The notes under the pieces were generated by a model. That model worked only from the letters and a program-made list of their open reading frames with translations. It did not search any database and was not told the origin of the DNA. Shown piece after piece: positions 27,248-37,900 of a stretch of 64,000 nt of DNA; within the stretch, counting starts at the first letter, position 1, and each line of letters begins with the position of its first letter. This DNA comes from Candidatus Omnitrophota bacterium (lineage in GTDB: Bacteria; Omnitrophota; Gorgyraeia; Tantalellales; Tantalellaceae), in contig JADGBR010000014.1 of NCBI GenBank assembly GCA_015231405.1, positions 3,555-67,554 on the forward strand, written 5' to 3'. The translations under genes and the position numbers were made by a program.

Positions 27248-28198
27248 ATGGCAAGGCCATTACGCATAGAGTACCCGGGGGCTTTATATCATGTCACATC
27301 CCGTGGCAATGAACGAAAGAACATTTTAATTACTGACGATGATAAATCCGTTTTTCTTGATATTCTGACAACTGCGGCCAATCGGTTCAAGATCGTATTA
27401 CATGCTTATTGCTTAATGACCAACCATTATCATTTTCTCATTGAAACAGCAAAAGCCAACTTAAGCAAATGCATGCAGTATATCAATTCTTCATATACAA
27501 CCTATTTCAACCGGGACAGGAAAAGATCAGGGCATCTTTTTCAGGGAAGATATGGAGCATTGCTTGTTGAGGAAGAAAGCTATTTGATAAAATTATCTCA
27601 ATATATACATTTGAACCCAATAAGAGCAAAGTTAGCACGTCATCCCGCTGATTACAAATGGAGCAGTTATAGATTTTATAAGCATTGCGAGCCCGGCAAG
27701 CCTGATTTTCTCGATCTGCAAAAGACCTTAGGGTATTTCAATGATGACCGTGGATTATACGCCGAATATATTGAGGAGGCTATACAGTCTAAAATAGTGG
27801 ATTTTTTACCGGAAGCTTTTGCCGGCTTGATATTGGGCAGCCAGGATTTTATCGACCAAATTAAAAAGAAATATGTGGACAAAAGAAAGAATCCGAGGGA
27901 CCTCCCTTCGCTCCGGAAGATAAACAAGACGGTCATTTGCCCTGATAAAATAATTGAAATAATCAACGCCAACTCGAAGGATATCCAAAATAAATATCGT
28001 ATAAAATTACTGGTTCTTTTCCTGAGGAAATATACAGATTTGACTTTGGCCGAGATCTCTAAAACCATAGGTACCGGAAAAACACCACCGGCTATCAGCA
28101 ATATATTCTATAGATTGGATAATGACCGAAACAAGAATGCCCATCTCAACGAACTGATAAATATTCTAGAAACAGAAATGTGTAAAGATGAGGTCTGA
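27248..28198 (+). CDS. HUH (Y1) transposase of the IS200/RayT (COG1943) family with a long C-terminal extension
   Basis: MARPLRIEYPGALYHVTSRGNERKNIL ... CLMTNHYHFLIET (HuH motif HYH) ... catalytic Tyr region. 316 aa, longer than minimal TnpA. No obvious terminal hairpins identified. Confidence 0.7.
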   Translation: MARPLRIEYPGALYHVTSRGNERKNILITDDDKSVFLDILTTAANRFKIVLHAYCLMTNHYHFLIETAKANLSKCMQYINSSYTTYFNRDRKRSGHLFQGRYGALLVEEESYLIKLSQYIHLNPIRAKLARHPADYKWSSYRFYKHCEPGKPDFLDLQKTLGYFNDDRGLYAEYIEEAIQSKIVDFLPEAFAGLILGSQDFIDQIKKKYVDKRKNPRDLPSLRKINKTVICPDKIIEIINANSKDIQNKYRIKLLVLFLRKYTDLTLAEISKTIGTGKTPPAISNIFYRLDNDRNKNAHLNELINILETEMCKDEV

Positions 28199-28424
28199 CC
28201 CCATTACGGACCCCATTACGACCCATCATTTTTACTCTATCAACTCCAAAAAAAATACTTATCACTCTTTATTATCCTAACAGAATAGGCAAAAAATTTT
28301 TGTTGCTTACTGCTTCAGATGTTTTTGATTCATTTTTGTCTTTCTACTCCTTTGCAATTATTCATCTAGTGCAAAAATGAGGTTTGACCCTCTTACTTCT
28401 ACAGCAGCGTCATGTGCAACTGTT

Positions 28425-28886
28425 CTATAGTCCTTTCAACATTTCTTCGCTTCTCTTTCTTGTGTACTCAACCAGCTTTTCTCTATTCGCAAAATAGTCT
28501 GAAGCTTTAAAAAGACTTAGTATTTTGGGGAAATACTTTGTTGCCAATACGGAATAATTTTCCAACTGCTTACGTTGTCTTTCTCCATAATCCTCAATTC
28601 CTTCATCAAACTCACATCTTTTCAAATCATTTTTATCAATACCCAAATATTCAAATAATAGTTTTAACCCAAATGTACTTGATTTCATCTGAATCGAACT
28701 AATTCCTATTAATATTTCACCTCTATCGGTATTAATATTTACATATATGTTATTATTTTTATAAAGAGTGCAGGAATTCCCAAAATTTTCTTTATCGACT
28801 GCATAAGACACAAATTCAAAATTGTATTTTTTAAATATATCAGAAAAATATTTGTTAATTTCATCTTTTAAAATAAAATCTGACAT
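28425..28886 (-). CDS. Putative immunity protein for the adjacent polymorphic-toxin C-terminal tip
   Basis: 153-aa cytoplasmic ORF beginning 15 bp after the stop of the giant toxin gene, on the same strand. It lies in the same AT-rich segment as the toxin tip. No recognised family. Confidence 0.55.
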   Translation of the reverse strand: MSDFILKDEINKYFSDIFKKYNFEFVSYAVDKENFGNSCTLYKNNNIYVNINTDRGEILIGISSIQMKSSTFGLKLLFEYLGIDKNDLKRCEFDEGIEDYGERQRKQLENYSVLATKYFPKILSLFKASDYFANREKLVEYTRKRSEEMLKGL

Positions 28887-28900
28887 AAATTCCCCTTTTG

Positions 28901-31900
28901 TTACTTAATTAACCAGAAATAATTTTTCCCTTCTCGCATTACAATTTTATATTCTTTACTAAGCAAGTAATCAATTTCTTTTCGCAGATATTTACCAGCT
29001 AAAGCATAAGGTGTAGTGACATAAAACGCACGGGTTTTTAACATCGCTCTATCTAAGAACTTTCTGTTCATCTCCCAAAGTTCATCTTCATTCATTATTT
29101 TAACAAATTTCTTCCATATTTTATCAGGAATACAAAAATAATTTGCATTTATTCTTTTTGCAACTTCTATATATTTATATTTACCACTATTTATCCAAAT
29201 CCCGTAATTACTGCCCAGAACAGTAATATCTTTCCCAATATTTCTATATGATTTTAGCCCATTTCCGGCTGCTTTTATAGCATTTAATGGCACCACTGTT
29301 CCAACTGCTAATAATGATAAAGCTGCTTCATCTCTCTTTCCTCTGGATAAATAAATTAAACCATTTATTGCGTCAATTGTATCACCAACTCCCGGAACAA
29401 CTCCAGCCCAATCTAAATATGACTGCATTACGTCAAATGAACTGTCAAATATTGCTTCATTAATGCCACCGGCGTTAAATGACACATAACCGATTTTATA
29501 ATTAGCAGGCGATAAATACCCTTCCGATGTTAATATGCTTTCGGCTGACTCATAGCTATTATTAAAAACATCTTCCGGCTTAACTGATACTCCGTTTATT
29601 GTTAATTCATAATCCTCCCCTGCCAGCCTGTTGATCTCGGCAATCATTCCATCTTCCGTCAAGATGACCTTATCGTTTATCTTTACTTCAACACCTTTGC
29701 TAATGGCAAGCTTAGCGCTTTCGATGAGCGATACCCTTCCCGTCGCGTCCATCATCGAATCCCAGGACGAACCGAACATTTCGCTGAAGGCGTAGTTGTC
29801 GCCGTCTACTTTCAGGTCGACGATTTTGCCGGTATTCGGATCGTAGACTGTTGTGTAATCGATGAATTGGCCGGCATCGTAGGATAATTCTGATTCCGTT
29901 ATTTCCAGGATTTGATAATTGGCATCATAGAGAGTTACCGTGCCGTCTTCGCTCGTTACTCTTGTGTTGCCGTTATCCAGGCACTCGACTTTCGTGGATG
30001 TATAGCTATTAATGCCTTTCGTTATTTCCGTTTTTGTTATTTTCCCGGCATCTGTCTCTACTATATTCATCGTTGTAGCGTTATACGTAAAAACAGCCTT
30101 GTTGCCGGTATTAATGTCGATTAAGGTTATTTGTTTTGTGCCGTCGGAGAGGGTTTTCTCGCTTTCGACGGCTCCTTGGTATTTATCCCGTAATTTGTTT
30201 AATTCGGCATTTATATTTTCATAGTGTATTTCACGTATTGCTATTTCATTCTGCATGTACTGCCTTGTCCCATCTAAACCGGCGCCTATCACGCTCGATA
30301 CGGTCATCTGGAGCATATTGCTGTACCATTGTTCACCATATTTGTTTTCGAGCGCGTTCATAGTTTCCGTGGATATAACCTGTGAGGCTGTATTAAAGAA
30401 GACTTCAGTCGCGAACATGGCGGTCGAATTCAGAATTTTCATATCAAAAGCTGGGTTGGCGAAGGCGTTTACGGGCATTAGGGTGATGGCGGCGGCTAGG
30501 CCTATGCCTAGTTTACTTAGCCAGTTGTCTGATTTGGAGATCTGTTCCATGGCATAGTTTGAGATTCCGCTGGTTATCATGCCGCCGAGGTAGTTTCTGA
30601 CGGCGTCGCCTAGTAAGGCTTTTGGGGCGAACTCAGTACTGATCCAGGGGTTAAGGGTATTCTTTAACCAGTTTCCGGCGGATTGGAAACCTTCCGCGGC
30701 CTGGCGGCATAGGGTCATTACTCCGCCGATCGCTTTTTGGCCGATTGATATTAAATTGTCCGTAATGCCCAGAGTTATCTGGCCCAGGGTTCTTCCGACT
30801 GCGCTGAGACCAGTCCAAATTCCCTCCATCATCTGGCCTGCCATACCTGCGATCGGCGCGGCGACGAATGCCGTAGCGGCGGATAAGAATATTGACGCTA
30901 CTCCCATTCCCATTATTGTCATCGCCTGGCCGTATTGGCCGTAGCAGATGGCTGTGGCCATGTTTGTTACGGTGTTCATGATCGGGTATGCTAGGGTTCC
31001 GCCCGATATCACCGACATTACTGATCCCACCACCAACGCGCCGATCGCGCCGGCTACTCTTCCCCATTTGCCTTCCTGGGCGGCGTATTTGATGGCGTTG
31101 ATCATTTGGACTACGGGTTGGATGATGTTGGTTACTATTTTTTTGACGGCTTTTACTATGCCTTCGAAGATCTGGGTTACTTTTTTCCAGAGTTTGTCCC
31201 ACCAGCCGGCGGCTTTTATGTCTAGGAGTTGGGTGTCGGTTAGGCGGTTTTTGTAGTCGCTGCGGGCGGTGGAGAGGGTGGTGCCTTCGTAGTTTTTCTT
31301 GAATTCGGTTAGGGGTATTTGTTTGGTTTGTTCGATGTTGTTTATGTAGCTGTTGGTGACTTTGATGTGGGTTATGGTGCCGGTTGTGTCGCGGATTACT
31401 CCGGTTACGGTTAGGAAGTGGGTGCCGTTGTAATGGACTATTATTGGGATTGCTTCGTCGCCTTCGGCTCCTCGCAATGACGGGGCGTCGGCTCCTTGCA
31501 ATGACGAGGCTTGACGGATGAAATCATCAAATGTGTATTTTGAACCGTAAACGTCTAGGCCGTGTTTTTGGGATACTTTTTTTAGGGCGTACATGGTTAG
31601 GAGGAGCTGGCCTTGAGTCTCGGAGGTGATGGCGCCGGTGATTAGGTCGACGAAGATGAGTTGTTGTAACAGGTAGTTCATTATTGACAGAGATTGCTTC
31701 GTCGCTTCGCTCCTCGCAATGACGAGGGCGGCTTCGTTGGCTTGCAATGACGCGTATAACGCCTCGGCGGCGCTTTGGCCGAAGTGGTTGTCCTGGGTTT
31801 TTAGCCGGGTTATGATGATTTGGATGTCTTCTTTTGTTATGTTGACGAGGAGCGACGGGTCGATGTCGTAGCCGCGCTCTTTCAGATATGCCGGCTTATC

Positions 31901-34900
31901 GGAGGCGGCGAGGTAATCGGCGAGGATGCCGGTCGAGGTGCCTGCTTCGGTTTCGGTATAGAGCGAATTTATTATCACGGTGATCTCGGCGCGGCGTTTC
32001 GCGTATTCGCTTGCCGGGTCGGACGCGTTACGGATGTGTTCGCGTTCGGACTCAAGCGTTAAATTGTTCGAACGCATATGCGCGAGGGTTTCGGTCAGTT
32101 CCTCGTCTGTCGCTTCCCTGCCTAACTCTTCGCGGTATATTTCGGAAATGTATTTCTTGTCGTTCCTGCCCTTGGCGGCGGTATAGGCGGATACGGCGTT
32201 ATTGTATCCTTCTTTTATGAGAGATATCCCGGCACTGAGGGCGGCTGTAAGAACCGCTCCGGCGGATAAAGCGACATTGTAACAAGTAAGCATACCGGAT
32301 AAACGGGCGGCACGCTCTAGCGCTAGTGTTTGTCCTCCCGTATCTTTAGGGCCGTTCTTGTACTCGGTGAGGTTCTTTATATAATCCCTTACAAAGTTCG
32401 TGTAACCCGTTTTCCTCCATTCACTCACGCAGAAGGTGAGCTCATCGCTCGCAGGCGCGCGATACAACATAGCGGCAAAATAATCCTTTACGCGCGAAAC
32501 GACGGCTTCTTCGTCCCATGACTTGCCGTTATTCATGAATACCGTGTCGCTCCCGTCCACTTTCACTTTTTCTATGTTATTCCACCTGTCGCGCGTGTAT
32601 TCGTACGAGTAGTTCCTGCCGTCCTCGTTATAAAGAGTAATGTTCCCAAGAGCGTCATACCTCATGTAATAGTCTTTCGTGTCCTTCCCGGAAACATCCA
32701 CATCCATGCCCGCGAGATTGCCGTTCGGGTGGTAAGTATAGCTGTATTTTTTCCTTGTGGCGTCTAGGGCTTTGAATTCGCGCTGGACGACGACCGGCTG
32801 GCCCGTATCGGCAGGGCCTCGCGCGCTTAACTCGAATATCTCGGCATAGGCGTTATTATTATCGCCGTTCCAGGCCCGGGCAGTTGCCCTTACCCTTATA
32901 GCCGTGACATTCGCGAGCGTGCCGTGCCATGTACCGCTAAAACAGACATCGAACGCCCGGCAGCCCGAAGTCCTCGCGACGTCGACCCATACGGATGAAC
33001 CTGCCTGGAGGTATTGTACGTTCATGTCGTACGATTCGCCGCGGCCGCCTGAATCGGCGCTCACCCTCGTATTGTAATATATCTCGCTCAGCGTGACCGG
33101 CTGGGCGAACTCGTGCGTCGAGGTCACATCGGCGTCGGGACTGAAACTTTCGGACGAATATGCCGTGGTATCGTAACCGTCATAATCAAGCGACGGGTTC
33201 ACTCCGCCCGTGGATGTATGTTTCGTACCGTCCAGGAGTATCATGTCATTCAGTGGGTTCTCCCCGGGTACAGGTTTTTTATATACAGAATATGTCTCTT
33301 GGACATAATTCACGATTTTGGATACCGATGCGACAAAACCCGTATCATCCCTGGTATAGGCATATCTGGCTATGTACGGGTCGTCCAGCGCGTTTATGTC
33401 AGAGGAGCCCTTATTGCCGAGGAGGCTGAAATATCCCTGGCCTTTACTCGCTACCCATGTTTTGAACGTCATGCCGTTATACGTGTAGCCCGGAACGAGG
33501 AATAGATCCCTGGCTTCAACTGTTTCTTCCCAGAGCCTGCCGAGGATGTTCCTTTCAGCCAGGATGTCGCCTCCGGCTCCGTATACTTTTTCAAGGCTTG
33601 ATGCGCTCCCTGGATATACGATAGGGGTCACGACAGCTGACGATTCGTTCACGAGGAGCTCTTCCGTTAGGACGCCTTTCGGGTCGTACAGTTTCGCGGC
33701 GGCTCCGGTATAGGTCGATATCTCGTAACGCGACCTCGGGATACCGCTTGAGTCCGTATTTTCGTAAGAGATCATAGTTCCGGAAGGTCTATCCTTATCC
33801 GGATACGTATTATCCGCGTATTTGGCGAGATCAGCGTATAGCCTCGAGCCTGAGCCCTTCGCCCACGCGAGCATCGTATCCGTAGCGTAACCATTCGGCG
33901 GGTAAGTATCCGATGCCGTATCAAGGATCATCAATTCGTCGACGTTCATCTGGCGGTTCACTTTACCGTCCGAAGCGGCGCCGTAGACGGCTTCAAGTTT
34001 CACGAACCTGGCTTTCCGCGGCGATATAAGGTCCTCGACCCAGCCGGAATAGAGCATATCCGTCCTGTCGGTAGCCCCTTCCCAGTTAACGCCGTCCTCC
34101 GAAGTGAAAATCCGGTATTTATACGAGTTGCCGTCGTCCCTGAACTTTATCCTGAACTTGCCGATGTCCGTAAGGCCTCCAAGGTCAAGCCTGAAGTACG
34201 GGAGAACCGTGTCGTTATCCCAGCGGATAGAGGCGCTGCCGGCAGTGACGGAGTAATCCGTAAGATACGAAACGTTATCCGACCAGCTGGCGGAAACCGG
34301 GGTCACGGATGTCACCATATGGCCTTTAGAGCCTTTCTCGAAATATTCCTTTATGAGCGGAGAATTCCTGTTGGCGTAATCGCTGATATATCCGGCTATC
34401 CTGGGGTCCTCAAGGGCGCCCGTGAACCTGGCCCATTCGGAGACATCCTTACCGGAAAAATAGTTGTTCAACTGGCACTGGCTGTTCGGGTTGATGAAGA
34501 GCTTCTTTAGGTCAGGGCGTTCCTCCCATAAAAGCATGAGGGCGTTCTTTTCACTCACGGCCCTCCCGTATTTATCGAGGTCGCTGACCCTGACGGTCCC
34601 TGAAACCTTTTCCGTACGGTACACTTTCACTTCGTTCAGCTGCATCGCCGTCGTCCAGTATTTCTCATTGGCGTTCTCTATTCTGATGTACCTGGCGGCG
34701 ACAGGCGTACCGAAACTGTCTATGAACCAGTCATTATCGGTATTGAGGTCGGTCGTCTTTATCTTGATCCAGTTATCGGGAGCCTCATTCGTAGCGTAAT
34801 AAACGGTATAGGGATAATTGTACGGGCTTCTGAACGATAAGCCGAGCGCGCTCACATTATCCTGATCGGAGCCGTTCCCGGTAAGGTCCAGAATGATGGA

Positions 34901-37900
34901 TGTCCTGTCCGTAGGCATCGAATATTCCCAGCCGAAATTCTGCCAGTTATCGTATTTATCGTCGACAAGCTGCCAGGGATCGACTCCAAAGTAACAATTC
35001 CTGACCGATATGTTCTTAATCTCAACGGGTTTTAGCGCGTCTATTTTTTCGCCGGTTGGCGCTACGGATTCGTAGATTTTTTTCACTTCGCCTCCGGATC
35101 CAAACTGGTAGGCGTAATATGTCACATCTCCCCGCGGGGTAGTCCTCGATATGATCCTTCCTGAAGCGTCATAATCTACCGAAGAGATGTCCATCTTATC
35201 GTTATTCCGGCCGTGGTCTACCGTAACCAGACGAGCCAGATCGCCCTTTCCGTTTTTCTCCGCGATATAAGTATAAACATTCTTCAGACGGTCGACCCGT
35301 TTCACAAGATCGCCTTCGATAGAGTAATATTCCTCTTCGACGTAGTCCTGAACTCCCTGGCCGTCTATTGTTTCCTGCCATGAAAGAAGGCGTTTTGTCA
35401 TGTTGCCGCAAGTATCGAATTCGAGGCTCACGGTAACGGTTTTATCGTAGGTGTCGGTGACTGATATGATCCGCCCGTATTTATCCATTCCGTATACGGT
35501 CGTACCACCAAGCGGAGCGCGTTCGGTTTTTAGGGTTATCCCGCCATGTTCCGGGGAACGGCCGTATTCATAAACCGTTGTCAGCCCCAGACGATCGGTC
35601 ATACTTATGAGATCTGATGTAACTGCGTCAAAGACCCTTAACACGGACCCGTCATAGCCCCCGCCAACTGTTCCGCGCGGATCATATTCCCGGCTGGATG
35701 TTACGGCCCCCCAGGGAGTCACCGAGTATTCATAGGCTGACGGCGTGCCGTTTTTGTCTACTGAAAGCTTGATACGTCCGAAAGAGTCGTATTCGTTAAC
35801 GACGGAGGTGTATAGACCGGACGGACCGGTTCGATATTCCGTGGCCTTTATAAGATCGCTCTTCCCGTCGTATGTATTCAGGTATGTCGCAATATGACCA
35901 TTCGCGTCGGTCAGGGATATCCTGTTCCCTTCAGTATCGAACTCTTCTTTCTCGACGGCGTCCGGAGATAAGGACGTCTTTGTGTACCGTTCGATCGTGC
36001 CCCCCTTATCGTCCTTTTTAACGGCATAGCTCAACGTGACGCCGTTCGGCGACACGACGATTGTCACGTCGCCGGAATTGTCATACCGGTATACGGTAAC
36101 ACCCGAGTAACGGATGTCGGTTTCGGTCTTTTCCGAAAGAACTCCTGTGATCTGGTCATATTTATAGGAATATGTCCTTGTGATATCGTCTTCGGAGCTT
36201 GCCGGGTCGTTCATCTCGGTAACGCGGGATTCCGTGCCGTCGGGGTTATAATCGGTGACGGTTATTTTTCCGGAAGTGCCGGAGACGAATATCACTTCAG
36301 TTATAGTTTTCGCCTCGTTGCCGTAACGGTCGTAGATATATCGGGTGGTCCTCTTTATGCCGTTCTTGTCGGTGAAGCCGGTAATGTCGCCGTTCGCGTC
36401 ATATTCGGATGTTTCGGTATAATTCATGAGGATACCGGATCCCGAGAGGGCCGCGGATGACGTCGTATCTTCTTTTCTGGCAGTGATCTTGCCTGAGGCG
36501 TCACGGATAAATGTATATGTCTTCCTGATGCCGTTTGAGCCGGTCACCGAGATCACGTCGCCGCGCGTATCGTATCCGGTGGTTTGGCTGAAACCGGGAT
36601 AAAGAACGTTCCCGGCGACCGTCTTTTTTATGTACCCGAGAACGCCATCACGTTCATAAGAGTAGGTCACTTTCATGCCGTTACGGTCGGTCTCGGATAC
36701 GAGATCCCCTTTTTCGTCGTATTCGGAGACCTTAACGCCGGCCCTGCCGTTCACTGTCTCGTATCCTGCCTTTACGCGGCCGAGTTCGTCTTTCACGTAT
36801 GTGTATCGCGTAACGATATCGTCCGATACGTTCGCCGGGTCATTGGCTTCGGTAAGGCTCACGAGGTCGTTATCGAAATCGTAAACGCGGACGGTACGGC
36901 TTTCCGAAAGGCCCTCGGGGAGAGACCCGTCAAATGAAGACCGCCTGTAACGCGTATATCCTTTAGACGGATCTTTCGCGTCAATAAGCCCGTAATAGCT
37001 TTTCTCGGTCTGGACCTTACCGCCCATGGCGTTCTCGGCGTCGGTCGAGTATTCGTATTCTGAATAGACACCTTCGGTGTCTATCGAGGCGATAATATCG
37101 CCTTTCGTGTCTGATTTCTTCAATGAAACGGCGGTGTAACGGCTAGCGCCTTCGTCCCATGAGACGGTTTCTTTAGTTATCGTGAGCACGCCTTCGGCGT
37201 CATAGGTATACTCATATGAATATGTCTTCCCGCCGCTTGTCATTGTCTTAACCGCTCCGGAAGCTGTGGCTTCGGGGTAGATCGCCTTATCGCTATCCTC
37301 GCTGCCGTAATATGTATAGCTCTTCACGGCGAGGATCGTATCCGTATTTCCCCCGGCAAGGTTATATGGCCTGTATCTCACCGTCTCGGTCTTACCCGTG
37401 ATATTCCCGATCGCATTCCTGACATAAGTGATATCAGTAACGGTATCCCCGTCCATTCCTTTCATGGTCACATTGATGACATCTCCGTTCGCGGCGTACC
37501 TTTTCTCCGTCCTCGCGGAATAAAGGCCGCTAGTAAAAACACTGTCGGTCAGGTTACCGTCGCCGTCGTAATTGAAGTCTTCCCTGCCTTCGCCGGTGGT
37601 CCTCGTCTTCACAAGGACCTTACCGTTATATACCGCGTAGAACGACTCTATATCGGTCTTATACGTTGTCCCCGAAAGGCCCATTGTTTCAACCCTGTCT
37701 AGAGCGCCTGACGTTTTATAATGGTATATCTCCCTGACCTGGGCTTTCCCATCGGGGGAATAAACGCCCGGGGCATAAACTGAAGTCTCCTTTATATTCT
37801 TACCGGTATTTGAAATATCGTATGAGGTGACCTTGACGATATCGTCCGAAACATTGTCGGTACCGCGGGTATCCGTCGCGATCGACTCTTTAATCCGGCC

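Noticed and set aside
27248-28198. Treating the HUH transposase gene as a complete IS element with defined ends
   Set aside because: Could not identify the sub-terminal hairpins or REP-like palindromes that delimit IS200/IS605 or RayT units. Only the gene is reported.
30651-31202. 183-aa minus-strand Arg/His/Gly-rich ORF
   Set aside because: Alternative frame inside the giant toxin gene. Composition typical of off-frame translation of GC-rich Gly/Ala coding sequence.
31441-31795. Interpreting the SLQGADAPSLRGAEGD / LVIARSEATKQSL region as a C39-like peptidase domain
   Set aside because: No catalytic Cys/His pattern could be convincingly placed. The apparent repetition is explained by the DNA-level repeat element instead.
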